Shown in pieces: positions 13,325 to 27,312 of a stretch of DNA of 64,000 nucleotides. A program made the translations under genes and the position numbers. Origin of the DNA: Octopus sinensis (lineage: Eukaryota); assembly GCF_006345805.1 (NCBI RefSeq), contig NC_042997.1, positions 123,256,001-123,320,000 on the forward strand, written 5' to 3'. The notes under the pieces were generated by a model. That model did not search any database and was not told the DNA's origin. It worked only from the letters and a program-made list of their open reading frames with translations. Within the stretch, counting starts at the first letter, position 1. Each line of letters opens with the position of its first letter.

Positions 13325-15135
13325 TTAACACGAAAAAAATAAATATTTACCAAGGTAGCAAAAAATTCACATAAGTACCAAGGACGTTACCGCCTACTTA
13401 TCCAGGATTTAGTGCAATGTTTTTGTATAACAGATAAATAAAGAAATGGAGGCAAACGCAGTTGTTATCCAAATCTTTATACTTCCAACATATGTTTCGA
13501 AGAAAATGTTGGTATTATTGATATACAACAATGCGACCTGCTCATCAGGTAAAAAAAAATAAGGGTTAGGTAGATTTAACGTGAAATGCAATTTAGAGAA
13601 AGTGGCGGGGGAGAAGCAAATTAGCAGAAAACCAAGAATGGAGAAATGTAGTGCGATAAATGAATGGGAATAAAGCTTAAAGCCGTGGACATAGATATAT
13701 GTAGTAAATTGGAAATGTAAGAATACAGTTAAAGGTCGAATTTTATAGATTGGTAGAAATTACTTATAGGAAATAAAGGTATGTTTTTACTAGTGCTTGC
13801 AACGATAAACACGTTCTTTAAAGGTGTTTACAAGAGAATTCTGTGCGAACAGGATTAGATATAGTTCTTCGTTACAGAGTGGACACGAAGATTTACATTT
13901 ATCATATGGAAAGAACCTAGATAGAATATTCCATGCCAAATCAAGTTGTTTATGTTCCTTCAGAGTCTAAATGTAGAGTAATGGTTAGATATACTTTGGT
14001 ACAACTGAGATGAAGAACTACCTATGTAAAAACAAGACGTCAGACGTCAGAACCGGAAGTAATTTTACATTGATAAACAGAGTTCCTAGTCTTAGAATTA
14101 CTGCTAAGGAGACAAATGTGATTTGAATTCATATCAGAAGTACTAATATTATTGTTATTATTGTTCGAAGAAAGGTCGGTGTTGATATTATCAATGTTAT
14201 ATTCATTAAGTGGATTTGTATTTAGGAATTTATTTTTTTGTGAAGAGACCATTTGTGAAAGGGTTTTGATGTTTGAAAACCCTATTCTGATTCGGTGTGA
14301 ATTGATAATCGAATGGTTTCTTGAATTTTGTGGGGAAATTCCTATCTATAGCTTCTCGAAACTGGTAAGGGAATCTGGATTGGATCTTTTCACCATATCG
14401 AATTATGAACCAAACAGTTTTACTAGGACATACCTTGTTATTAGTGTAATTATCTTTAAAAGTCGTAGATGTACTTTTATAACAAAAACAGTGTTTTAAA
14501 GAACGGTTATCTCCCTTATGCTGCAAAATTATATTTCTCGATGTGGTGTTGTTATTCGAACTAAAATTCATGTTGTTATTACCATTATACGGTGGTTTCA
14601 TGGCCTGATTAATAGAGCTAGAATTCATGTCAATAGGGTTAATATACGAAATGTCTTCTTTATAGCCTGCTTTGAGTAAAGTTATAAAATTCGACTTTTT
14701 CGTTGAAGATATCACCATTGGTATATAAACTGGCAAGTCTAAGTGAAATATTTCTAATTAAATTCCTTGTAATAGCATTTATTCCCATTCATCTATCACA
14801 CTACATTTCTCAACACTTAGTTTTGTGCTAATTTCTTTCTTTCTTTCTTTCTCCTCCTTCTCTTCCTTTGAATTGCATTCCACGTTAACTCTATAACTTT
14901 TTTCTTTTTAAAATAACTTGCCAGCGTTCCCTTCATCTTATACGCAGTCATCACATTCGGTTAAAATGTCTTATTTATGTGTTTTGTTTCTCTTTTCTCT
15001 CTAATTACAAGGTTGCATTGTTTTACATCATTTTATTCCCTCTAGAATAATACCAATGTTTTCTTCGAAGCATGTGTCGTAAGTATTAAGATTTGAATAA
15101 AAACTGCGTTTAACTCTATTTCTTTATCCATCCAT
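13325..15135 (-). mobile_element. Penelope-like element relic with inverted pseudo-LTR
   Basis: The minus strand gives SVYQCKIT..FYIG and LAWNILSRFFPYDN..CPLCNEE (GIY-YIG endonuclease, ~13860-14085). 13432-13675 is repeated in inverted orientation at 14778-15130. The repeat holds a degenerate CTGATGAG..GAAACATATG hammerhead-like core (~13485-13547, minus). Confidence 0.7.
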
Positions 15136-15499
15136 ATACATATGTATATATATTTCTTCTTCTACTGCAAAGATATATTCTCTTTTTATAAGGATGAAAT
15201 CATCCCAGTTACACTGGTTTAATACCCTATATCTCTGATAAATATCACATCGATATATTATAAGTGTAGAATATGTTAAACAAGAAGAACATGGAGAGTA
15301 TATAAATATCAGTTAAATTATTAAAAATACATTCAGGTGTAAATAATATTAAAATTTATGTAGTGCCATATCTAGAAGGTATATTATATTTGATGTAATC
15401 ACACATATTTGGAATCAATCCTGTTAAAAAAACCAAAGATGAATATAAGTTAAATGTGGGATCAACATCCGTTTTGAATATTAAATTTAACCATGGGTA

Positions 15500-18400
15500 C
15501 TGTACTGGCAAGTTCCAAAACATTGTATAGAAAATTATTAAAATAATGGATATATATCTAATACATTGAAATAAATTTTGTAACATCTCAAAACGTGGCA
15601 GGTATGTTGGATTGAATAACGCCTTCGCTTTAATGTCATGAAATGGTGTGTTCAATATCAATGATTGATATTTAGATCTCTGTCTTTTTCTACAACTTGT
15701 TATCAACCCAAAATTTAGAGGGTAATTGTGTAAGCGGAAAAAAATCCTCTGATGGATTGGACCTGATTTGTAAATTATATTCTTGTCAGTTATATCATCA
15801 CATTGAATTGGACTCATAAGTACATGAATTAATCATGTGTCCATGCAATATTTAACTGTTTATGCGTTAATTACAGCTTTCAAATCGCGAGAACGCTTTC
15901 AGCAGTGCGATTTCGTTTGACTTTCGGAAGACTCGAATGTGAGCGGCAATAAAATTATATGTTTACAACTGGCTAATCAACAGAAACTTTGTTATTTTCA
16001 GATATAGACACATAATCATATTACTCTTCACTTTGGCGCCTCACAGGAGAATAACCAAACGAAATCACGACCGCTATAACGTATGTACTTCCATATCAAC
16101 AGAAATATATCAAATGCGTAGCAATAGGAGAAAATTAATATTAAAAACTGGACTAAAACGTTCACAATTTGATGCTGCTTTCTTCAATTTGCTGTCTAAG
16201 GTGATCTCATGACTGAAGTGTATCTTTTGTCTACACTACGTTTGAATGAATATCTGATGCAAATAGTATATATATTTAAATCTCAGATTTATGTATGCAC
16301 ACATTTCTTGTTCAAGCACTTATATAGAAACTATTGAGATATTTATCAAAACTTAAGAATTACATTGTTATCATTTTCTGTTTAACTCGTTTAGAAGCAT
16401 TCCCATAGAACATTTAGGAGACCTGTTGTTGATCACTGATTTCCAGCATTAATATGAACGGCATAACGAATGCTACCCACGCAGCAGATCATCGTATTTT
16501 GCCTTCTCAGTTCTGACATGAAGCAGGAAACGAATTCTAGCTAAGGATAGCCGACCTGGAAGAATAATGATGGAAGTCGTTATAGTTTAATGTCATTCTT
16601 TCGCACTATGAAAATCAACTGTATTATTTACTCTGTAAATTGCAGTGCGGTAGATTTTTTTTTATGATACATAAGCGGCGAAACATGTTAAGTAAATATC
16701 TCACTTTTATATGAATATAAAAGATATAAAATAGGATATGCGAAACTAGAAAGACAATTTGCTATGAGTTCTTTTAATGCAGGTGGAGGCGCAATGGCCC
16801 AGTGCTTAGGGCAGCAGACTCGCGGTCGGAGGATCGCAGTTTCTATTCCCAGACCGGGTGTTGTGTGTGTTTATTGAGCAAAAACACCTAAAAGCTCTGC
16901 GTGGCTCCGAAAGGGAGTGGTGGCGACCCCTGTTGTACTCTTTCGCCACAACATTTTCTCACTCTCTCTTCCTGTTTCTTGAGTAGCGCTGCGAGAGACT
17001 AGCGTCCCGTCCAGCTTGTGTGGGCGGGGACATACGCCACAGAAACCGGAAAATCGGGCCCATGAGCCTGGCTAGGCTTGAAAAGGGCGATGTTTTATCT
17101 CTTAACGCAGTTCCATATATTCTGCTGGTTTACAACCACTACAGAGATTATTATTATTACAGAAGTAGGTGTTGAAGAAAATGTATGCGTTAGTAAAACG
17201 AGGTCTGACTGACTTTAAACGAAAGGAATTACTCACTTCATACATCAAGTAAATATTACGAAAAATTTGCTACAATGTTTGAATAGTTTGTAGATAACTA
17301 GATAGTTTTGTTCTGAATGCAATTTAGAATATTTGTCTGCAGCAGCTGTGCATTTTATATAATTTAGAAATTCTCTAGTAACGGGTGCATTTGTCATCAA
17401 CAAATATTTTAAAATTATCTGATGCGTTTATGAAAAGTATGCTTAGTCAGAGTAAAAAAAAGTAATATTGAAATGACAGAAAATATGATCTGCCATTAAT
17501 ACTGAAAACATGGAGAGCTTTTATCATCATAAGTAGTCAAAATGATACAAAGATGTGCCGGCAAGCTCACTCGCACCGTGTAATATTTCTTCCGGCACTT
17601 TACGTTCTGCCTTCAGATCCTGCAGAGGCCGAATATGTCTTTAATCTCTTTGTGTATGACAAGATAATGTCAAATGTTCGTGTCGATGATTTCGACTGAC
17701 TCTTCGATTATATTTGGCAGGAAGGCGATGTCAGATTAACGAGCTCGAGTTGAGAAATAGTTTCTGAGCGCAAACGTCGCACAAAGAAATATCCTCGCCT
17801 ATACCATGTAATAAGTTAAAGAATTTTAGAGTATAGACATCTCAAATAGCAGGCCATTAATAATTTTGGTTATAAATATGCGGTAAATGTCAATGCTCCT
17901 GACCCAAATATGTAGACCGAGACGAATTTTTAAGACGTGACTGCTATGCGTAACTTCAGTCTCAGTATGATGCTGTTACCATGTGGACTTTCATCGTTGC
18001 TCTAATAATGATTTCACATTCATAAATAATAAATATCAACGGAGAAATTCTTCTCGCACGAAACGACATATTTAGAGCTTCTGCAAAACATATCCTTAAT
18101 TCGGTAACTCAGAGTAGCAGTTCTCCAAATGTCTACACAGACAAGCTACATGTTGATTTGACACGTTTATGTGTTTAACCTGAATATATAATAGTTAACG
18201 GAAGCTGTGCAATAGACGGATTTCTGATCGAGCTTCAGTGCGAGAATAATTCAGCAATGATAGCGATGGTAAAACAAATTACAGTTATGAAGCCAACTTG
18301 TGTATTTAGCAAAAGACACAGACGAAAGAAAGAAGGTATGTCTAAAATATTCTGAATGCTGAACCAGCCAAATTATGAAACCCCTTGAGAAATACATATG

Positions 18401-18780
18401 AAGGATTAATTCAAAAACTTAAATTTTTCATCACTCACTGCGCGATGTATCGAATTGAACTGCCTACCATTGTACAGCAGTTATGGATATTTGTGCTATA
18501 TTGTAGACGGTAACATAAAATATCACTTACAGAATATTCATTGCTTGATAATCAAGTCAGGAACACTATTGCTACAACATCAAAATCAATATTCAAAACA
18601 GTGAATGCTTGTCAAAATAATAACCTGTATTTTCCACAATGCACGCGAAAAGAACTAATGCAAAACACAGATATAAGAACCAAATATCGAGGGCCCAATA
18701 GCCCTATATTTGCTGCAGGTATTTCCCTTATGGTGAGAGCAGTAGATCTAGCGTTGGAAGCTTCGGTGATGACTGATGCA
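15500..18780 (+). pseudogene. Decayed protocadherin-like relic 3, most complete (EC repeats, TM/basic stop, cytoplasmic motif)
   Basis: RFRLTFGRLECERQ*NYMF (~15908-15965, LDRE-like), FFNL..GDL..EYLMQI (~16180-16265), ILAKD..NNDGSRYSL (~16533-16590), EVGVEEN (~17162), VNVNAPDP (~17883) and ININGEILLARN..SSPNVYTDKLHVDLT (~18028-18163). Then a hydrophobic stretch, KRHRRKKE (~18311-18334) and GESSRSSVGSFGDD (~18732-18773, reminiscent of the cytoplasmic DSG motif). Length minus SINEs is about 800 codons to the TM. Confidence 0.55.
16783..17095 (+). mobile_element. tRNA-derived SINE family B with TSD
   Basis: Head gtggaggcgcaatggcccagtg(c)ttagggcagc with A/B-box-like motifs. TSD-like ct(t/c)ttaa(t/c)gcag on both sides. 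Confidence 0.85.
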
Positions 18781-19894
18781 TCGCTTCCTCTTTATGCACA
18801 GTCTTCAGGCGATATTTCGCAACAAATGTAATACTTAGGTTTTATATTCTCCACGACCGGCAACATCTTGCTAGCTCAATCCGAAATAGAAGACTGAATA
18901 TCATTGCGCTCTCTTGAGTAAACCATCGCTGGAACTCCATTAATGTGTTTATTCTAAATTGTTGCCGGGTGAGCCATATATACTCATAACCTCGCCGCGC
19001 TACTCAAACATAGCCATTAATCTGGCCTTGTCCCTGAGACATGTTTAAACCTATAGGGCGCAGTAAATAAATCGTAATTATATATTTCATTCTAAATGCT
19101 TGTATTCAGTCCTCTTTAGAACACATGACTTAATAATTTGATTAAATATCGGTGATAGTAAATATCACTCAAGCATACACATATATACATATATAAACAC
19201 ATATAGACGCGCATACACACATTCATGTATTCGTGTGCGCGTGTGTGATTGTTTTGTATATGTTTGTATGGAGAGCGAGAGGATAATTTTATGTACGTTA
19301 ACATTCCTATATATATTTCTTGTACTATTATTATTTCATGAAGGCATGTGATCTTTATCGCTTGTGCATTAATTCATACACATATAATGCAATATCTTTC
19401 CACTTATTCTTTTGTATATCTCAAACAAATATATATAATTTATATATCTGCGTTCCCTTCTCATAGTTGTGCCTAAAAAAGTATTTGTCCCTCTTGTTAT
19501 TATTTGTATTTAATATCTAATATTTTATTGCATCTTAAAAGGATGAAACTGCAAACAAAATTTATAATTTCAGTTAATATTGGAAATCGAACGTTAGTTT
19601 GCCAATACTCCGTTAGTTTAATGTTCATAGCTTGAACATTTCATTTTTCATGTCCTAAATCCCTCTTTGATTTAGCATACAATTGCATATTATATCTCGT
19701 ATTTAACTCAGCATTCATTCTATATGATTTATTCACACATTTCCTGTTGAAGCACGCACACACAGACACACACTCAGTAACACTCGACCACGCATTCATG
19801 CCAACAACATTTCATCTATGTATCTACCTACCACTCTCCCCCTCTCTCTCCCTCTTTCTATATATGTACGTGTGTTAATATATATATATGTATA

Positions 19895-19958
<64 letters not shown>

Positions 19959-20294
19959 TGTGTGTTCGTGCATGTGTGTATGTGTGTGTAATATTATATA
20001 CAACAGATTGCAATTGTTGATTTCTAGATATTGTTGCGCATTATAGTAGAACAAGACAAAGACACATTGTGCCTTTATTGTCGTATGAATTAGAATGGAT
20101 ATTTTAAGCAACAGATATGCTGCCAATATATAGTTTTGTATAAGATCTACGATTTCCTTTCCTTCCGAATAATTCCTTCATTCCTAAGGTAGAAAGTAAA
20201 AATATCATTGTTATTATCATTTATAGAAACATTGAATTCTGTGGTTTATGGAAAATCTTCTGCTTTTTTTCCAAATTTTTCTAGCATGCTATAT

Positions 20295-21900
20295 TTTCGT
20301 GCATTTTACCTGTGTAGCAATTACACCAATTTGGAACATACTTCTGTATTTGTGCATAAGCGTACGGGTGTGTAATCAATCCTACCACTTTTGGATTTAC
20401 GTTTATTACAGAGAAACATAATGCTCATGCCTTTGCCCTGATGTGTGACTTATGAGAACATTTGTGTTACTTTTGTAATGATATACAAAGAATATTATAG
20501 AATTTCAATTTCAAATGTAAGGTAATATTTTATGTTAACATGATACGTATAGTATTTAAGTATAACGTTTAAAGATATCTGAGTTTTAACACTTATATCT
20601 AGAGAGGTTTGAACGCATGATGTAAAATATTTGGCTTGACTATACAGGATTGAATTTATTATTCCACTTTGAGTTATAATGTCCTATTTCCTTAAATTAC
20701 TATCTCCTTTCTGGATATATGCAGCGCTGTTTTAATATCTTATGGTAATCTATGCCATATGTTTATATTTACGTTAGATATTACAATTTCGTGAGATTTA
20801 TCACAATTATGTTTTTCGAGATGCGAATATTACATATAAATCCCAGTATGTTAATAATGAGTTGAGGCAAATTGATATTTCAAGATGCCATATGTACATA
20901 TTAACAACTATATACCAAAGCCGACCACAAAGACAAAACTACAGTTAAACAAATGGAAATTCATATATTCTCATAATTCATATTCAATATAGCTTATCGA
21001 CACAGCAGGGACTCCAAAAGAAGAAATATACTAACTATTCTGAATTCGGCATGGTTATCTTTGGAAGACAGCCTACATACTGTAGAAAGCATTCTGTGCG
21101 TCTCACAAAAGCAGATCTTTATTTGTCATGGCATACGTTTCTCATTATTATATCTATTTTCACAAAACAATGTAGACCAATCAAACGTGATATGATTGAC
21201 TGTAGCAGAACCACCCCTGATATATTTCCATTATTGTCATGTAATAAACAGATTTCTTACTATCCAGAGTAAACGAAACATGATACAATGTGTAAGCGAA
21301 CTATTTATTCCAAATTAGTAAATAGCGTTACAAGCTGCAGTAAAAGTCACCATAATTCGATAAAACTACGATTTTGTGAGTTAATTCCGACCAAATATTC
21401 ATGAAATAAATATAATTATATTTCGAAATATCGGCTTGGAAACTATTCTGTGAACAATTTCAATCCATAAAATAGATTAAGGTTTCATAGTGTATCATCA
21501 ATAATGAATGTAAGTAGGCGGTTCGTTTATTAAAATTCAGAATACTCGTTCAAAATGAAATCTATCGAAATAGAAAGCTGCTGCAAATAGAGTACGCTGA
21601 ATCCTGGAATACTGATACCTATTCATAAGTGAGATGATAAAGTATGTATATTTCGGTATTGTTGAATTGTATGTTCCCTTCATATTCTATATTTGTTGAT
21701 GACATTATTTAAAATTTCAAACCTATAATTTCTTCCATATCTAATATATTTGAAGAAACCTACAGTAGGTCATTCCCTGATATTTGTATTTTGCAGAGCT
21801 ATTGTTGTTTACTGTTTAACCACACTTAATAGTACTTATGATTAAATGTATATCAGGTGAGACTATCACGTTTCTTTGAAACATGTTGTACTTGAACTAA
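20295..21900 (+). pseudogene. Decayed protocadherin-like relic 4
   Basis: PV*QLHQFGTYFCICA..FTFITEKHNAHAFAL..FKCKVIFYV (20309-20536, one frame, EC1-like), NG..IQYSLS..FGMVIFGRQ (~20952-21071), SEYSFKM (~21537) and IKCISGET (~21840). Confidence 0.4.
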
Positions 21901-22419
21901 AGTATACGATTGTATTTTTATGAGACAATACTGTGTAATTTAAGGGCCATTTAGCTGTATTGTCAAGTAGGTAAAATGGAAACATCCTTCAGAATTTATG
22001 TAAAATAGAATAAGCAATGCGTTTCTCCCATATAATTACGAATGTATATACATAGGTATGCATTAGACATTGCAAAACACGGTTTACTATGTTAATTTAC
22101 ATAGAGTTAGTTATACATATATCATAAATTGCAGTACGTGTCCGTTTATTCAAATTAGTTTTCATCTCTATTTACAAGTACAGCGTTTCAAGCAGTTATT
22201 AAGCGTATACATTAGCAAAGTAATCACAGGTTTGCATGCTTGAATATCTAAATAGCGATGCCATCTCTTAAACTAATATATTATATTTTAATATATATGT
22301 TTCATGTTGCTTTTTAAGTATTATGTTTGTTCTCATAACGTCAATATCTAACGGATAAGCATTTAAATTATATTCGAAATACATGCTATGTCCTCATACT
22401 TTAATAGATTTGCATAATA

Positions 22420-22826
22420 TCTGCATCTTTATGGCATCATTCTAATTCCGTTGTTATTACTGTAAGTCTTTGTTTCCTACTTAGTTTTAAACTCATCAAA
22501 AAGTTCGAGTTTATTCCTATATTAATTATATATTTAATTACTCTTGCTTCACCGTCAGATTTTCCATACATGCTATGAGTTCACTGTTTCTATGGCATAC
22601 TTACACCACTCACTGAACAGTATACACGCTAAATCGCTTGAAGTCAAATTGTTCATTTTGTTTCTGATAACGTTTTGTTTTTGTTTCTTTCACAGTATCA
22701 ATGTAGCATAAATGAAATTGTAATACACTTTTTCTTGATATAGTAATATAACTGAAGCATGAAAATATGAAATTTATCATTAATAGAGGGCTACCATTCC
22801 GAGAGAGAACAAAAATTACTAACATT
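22420..22826 (+). pseudogene. Decayed protocadherin-like relic 5a (EC1/EC2-like)
   Basis: SLW..VVITVSL..FEFIPILIIYL..SDFP and NLSLIEGYHSEREQKLLTL. Weak motif pattern. Confidence 0.25.
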
Positions 22827-22834
22827 ATATATAT

Positions 22835-22880
<46 letters not shown>

Positions 22881-22978
22881 ATGAGTAGTACTTATTTTAT
22901 CGGTCTGTTTTGCTGAACCACTACGGTACTGGACGTAAACATACCAGCATCAGCTGTCAAGCTGATCGGTAACGGCAA

Positions 22979-23010
<32 letters not shown>

Positions 23011-23202
23011 TCTTTTGTATATATCCATTTATGTACGTAATACAATTTTCTGACTTCAGAATATTTCAATATGCTAGGCCACTGGTTCAAATTAATATAA
23101 ATTTTATAAATACCAATTTTTACTCTTATTATTTAAATTTATATATACATATATACATACATAGATACATACACACACACACAAACACACACATACATAC
23201 AT

Positions 23203-23255
<53 letters not shown>

Positions 23256-23274
23256 ATAATATATATATATATAC

Positions 23275-23422
23275 AGCGGGCTTATTTTTGCTGTCGTCTA
23301 CCAAATCCCCTAACACGATTTTGGTCGGCCCGAGGCTATAATAGAATACATCTGCACAAGGTGTTACGCAGTGGGACTGAACCCAGAAGTGTTTGCTTCA
23401 GTATCAAGCTTCTTACCACGCA
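23275..23422 (-). mobile_element. SINE family C head
   Basis: Reverse complement of gtggtaagaagcttg..gggttcagtcccactgcg..atagcctcgggccgaccaaa..gatttggtagacg. Confidence 0.8.
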
Positions 23423-23499
23423 GATAAGCATGACCCCATTTTTTAAATACACTAAATCACTTTAGAAAAATTATGCTTATCATGCACGCTTTTCCATGA

Positions 23500-25400
23500 A
23501 AAAATGCGAGTATGGAAAATAATATTCTTAAGATTATAAATCTGGAAAATTACAGGATATGTTACAAGATATATTATACAGGAAAAATACAGAACAAGAA
23601 AATTTTCACTGAAAATATTACAGCTAAGAATGTAATTTCAAATAAAATATTTAGATTTAGAAAATATTTGCTGTTATTGAAACTAAAGACTCTTTAACAT
23701 GTTATTACTTCCATTTGTTATTACTTGTTACTTCTATTAAATATTATTAAAAAATAACTCAGTTAAAATATATTTTGCACTTCACAAAATTCTTTTTATT
23801 AAAATTATTAATTAATAATTAGAAATTTGGAAATAGGTTATAGAAATAATTGTAGTGAATAATTAGTTAGTAGAATAAATAGAATAATACAATATTTAGT
23901 TATATATTAGTTTGGCAACTAAGTTCCCGCCGCTCTTTAAAATTTAAATTTGTAAAATTTAACAACAAATTAATCAATAATGTATTCACCCTGGTTGTTT
24001 ATACCTTCACAACGTTCAACGAAACCCCGCGCATAGCATTTGAAAGACGGTGGAAATCCGTTGGTGCCAAATCAGGAGAGTACGGCGGGTACAGCAGCAC
24101 TTTCCAGCCATGTATTTGAATGGCTTCCTTAGTAATATTGGCGATATGAGTGTGGCGGGCATTGTCGTGCAGCAGAAGAAATCCACGCAGCCGATTAGGT
24201 ATTTTCTCTTGAATAGCTGTGTCGAGTCGTTCCATCTGTTTGGTTTCGTTCAAGCAATTCGTAATGGATACTCCCTTCCCAGTTCCACCATATGCACGAC
24301 GTTGTTTTATGCGTATGAAGATCTTATTTCACGTGCGGTGTCGCTTGTTTACTGGGGCTAAGCCATTTCTTACGCTGCTTTATATTGATGTACATACACC
24401 ATATTTCGTCGCCAGTAACCATTTGGTGAAGAAATAGCTGCTTGTGACTATCAGTTGAGCGGTGATGAGCAAGCAAACCAGCGGAGATTGTGGCTCATTG
24501 ATTTTTGTTGTTGTTACATAAAGCATGCGGAATCCATGCTACATACCTCTAAACATTTCCCATCGAGTGAATATGCTTCTCTATAGCAGTGTGGGAGCAT
24601 TCCATTTTCTCTGCCAGATGTCTTGTTGTTTGACGAGAATTCTCGTGCAAAATTTGGTTTAATCGCTCTTCATCGAACTCAACTGGACGGCCAGAACAGG
24701 TTGCATCTTTGAGGTCAAAATTTCCATTTTTAAACAAAGGCATACCAATCACGATCGGTTCTTTAATTTCTCCATACACAGCACAAATGTCGCGAGCAGC
24801 TTTTTTGACCTTAAAACCTTCACTAAAAGCGAAAATAAGGATGTGTCGAAAATGCTCGTTTTTCTTAACTTGACATTCCATTTTAATGATGATCTGAAAA
24901 TAAACAAAAATTAACTTAAGGTAACTAGAATAAAAAGTAGATTCCAAAATTTCAAAAATGCAATAAATTCCAAAATTTAAAAAAATGGCGGGAACTTAGT
25001 TGCCAACCCAATATTACAGTAAAATCTACCTCTAACAATAAATTCACAGTAAAATTTGCTTGAGTTATTGCCTAAGTTATTGCCAAGTCTTCACATTTTT
25101 AGTCTTGACTGATACTTCTCGCTCTCATTTTAAAGTATTCTAGATTGTCAATATTTTAACAAAATAATGGTAATTTATTTAATTATAATGTTACTTTGTA
25201 AATTAAAATCAAATAATTTTTAATATTCAAATTTTATCCTTAGCTGCAATATTATATGTTTTTTTTGTTCTGTACTTTACCAGATGTAATAAGTAGTCCT
25301 CAACTTTTCCAAGTGTAATGACTTGTCCTGTAATTATCCAGGTTCATAACCTCAAAAATATTATTTCTCTTGCTGAAGTTTTTCTATGTAATCCACATTT
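23500..25400. mobile_element. Old foldback/MITE with diverged inverted arms enclosing a mariner
   Basis: ctggaaaattacagga, tacagaacaagaaaa and aatattacagctaagaa (23540-23630) recur as reverse complements at 25326-25341, 25261-25275 and 25237-25253. Confidence 0.6.
23907..25011 (-). mobile_element. Mariner transposon, defective (TIR resembles the mellifera subfamily)
   Basis: TIRs tt(a/g)g(t/g)ttggcaactaagttcccgcc at both ends with TA flanks. Frameshifted transposase: EHFRHIL..AARDICAVYGE..SGRP (HTH), HDNAR and YSPDLAPTD. Confidence 0.93.
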
Positions 25401-25419
25401 TTCCAGTCTATGCACTTAT

Positions 25420-26400
25420 GCTAATTAATAATGTGTCACATGTGTCAATTAGCGGTGTTTTTGATAATTTTTTCCTTACCTGAATAACGCCGGTGAAATA
25501 TATTAAACTTTCCCTTATATATTCAAAAAAGTATAGAACTATATTATCACCTTCAAATTTTAGAAGCAAATGCATTGATACCATGAAATTACTCGAATTG
25601 TGCTCTATCGTTTAAGCTTAATTAAAATATAGTTTGTTTTTAAATACAAAAAAGTTAACTATATTCAAACCCAATTGTGTGCCTTATACTTTTTTTCATA
25701 TTTTATCTCACAACATTTTTGATACAACTGTTTGTTGCATAGGAACAAAAGTATGAAATTATTCATGCTTTCTTCTATCATTGATCTTAAGATAAATATA
25801 TTTTACTTTTAAAACAAAAAAAATGTTATTTAGATCTAAATTTGATTGGTGGCTTTACTCTCCTAGAAGAGAATTTGATGTAATTTTTTTTTCTTCTGGA
25901 TCAAATCTCAGTATTGTTATACACAAAATGTATCTAGGGGCCAGTCCTCTTCGAAACTGTTAACAGTTTTCAGTTTGGTTAAGAACTGAATTAGCGACAA
26001 GCTCTGAAAGATACTGCGTGTGAGTAACTTGCGGCCTTAAGAATATTATTCAACTACTACCATAGTTGAATGATGAAAGGCAATTGTAAATATTTAAATG
26101 GCTTCCAAATTTTGCCAAACATTTCATTGTAAATTTACAATTAAAATTTAATAAGATTAATTTACAAATAATTATATAATACATTCCTTCAAAGCAAATA
26201 TCACATGTAGAATTGTCAATATTGTACGATGATGCGTAACTAATAATGAACCACTTTAAATCATACTTAATGTTCCCCTCCTTTAAATCCGAAAAGCAGT
26301 AACTAAAATTTGTAGAATTACCGGTTTTTCTATACTTAAATGAATGCGATGTTTATGAAATCTAGATGAACCTATGTAATAATACGTATGGTCTCTTACA
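25420..26400 (+). pseudogene. Decayed protocadherin-like relic 5b (EC4-like)
   Basis: QFSVWLRTELATSSERYCV*VTCG (25964-26035) fits the YxVxVxCxDxG pattern of mollusc protocadherin EC4, followed in frame by LPNFAK at the PxF position. Confidence 0.4.
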
Positions 26401-26504
26401 CTGTATTTTTCATTAATATATACAGTATATTTTCCCTAAACGTTGATTTTCTAAAGGACATACACTTTTATTTTTACAGTAATACAAACTTTTATTCACT
26501 TGTA

Positions 26505-26700
26505 TTTGATACTCATCTACCATATGTCACAGATCGTGCACCATCAAATTACCATTTATTTGAATGTTAGTAAACTTTTTTGAATGGCAATAATATCATA
26601 ATGATGATGACCTGGAATCGTACCTGTGGATGGACAGATAGGACAATATATTCCTAATGGGATGCAATAAATTGGAACATGTCCCTAGTTTTTATTGAAT
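26505..26700 (+). mobile_element. Mariner transposase C-terminal fragment
   Basis: HLPYVTDRAPSNYHLF, a degenerate HPPYSPDLAPSDYHLF. Confidence 0.75.
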
Positions 26701-27099
26701 TCGGACGGTAAAGTTTCTGACAAGGGAATGTATATTAATACTTGTAATTATATTGAGATCATATATATGTATTGCCAGTGACATAATTTATATAATCACA
26801 TATCTTTTGAAACCAAGTATTACTGGCCGACTATGTGAACAGAGGGTAAAAATATTCACTTGTACACTCATGTCCAGTAGTTATGCACTTGTAATGTGCT
26901 ATAATAGAAACGTTAGGTTTCACTTCATTCTACAGAGACATATAAAATCTCATGGGATATAACTGAAATTATTAGGAAAGATTAACACAAAGTTTACGTG
27001 AACTATCTATCTATCTGTCTGTCTGCTTGTCTATCTATCTATGTGTCTATGTATGTGTCTGTTTGTCTATCAATCTATATTAATGGATAAAGAAAGCGA

Positions 27100-27233
27100 G
27101 ACATACATAGATAGATAGATAAACAGATAGACACATAGATAGATAGGTAGGTAGGTAGATAGATAGATAAACAGATAGATAAATTTATAGATAGATATAT
27201 AGATACATAGATACATAGATAGATAGACAGACC

Positions 27234-27309
<76 letters not shown>
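27100..27309. repeat. (AGAT)n tetranucleotide microsatellite
   Basis: Directly visible, with a pure run at ~27236-27309. Confidence 0.95.

Positions 27310-27312
<3 letters not shown>

Noticed and set aside
15356-15817. 153-aa minus-strand ORF with a hydrophobic stretch
   Set aside because: No recognisable family motif. It overlaps the start of the + strand relic and is best treated as a chance or antisense ORF, though it cannot be fully excluded.
15877-16080. Two apparent AG..GT-bounded exons with a short intron
   Set aside because: The spliced product resembles nothing I recognise, while the unspliced frame gives an LDRE-like cadherin motif across the supposed donor site.
16783-16860. tRNA-like sequences (also 41608, 48076, 63565)
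   Set aside because: They are SINE heads continuing into shared bodies, several with TSDs. Not standalone tRNA genes.
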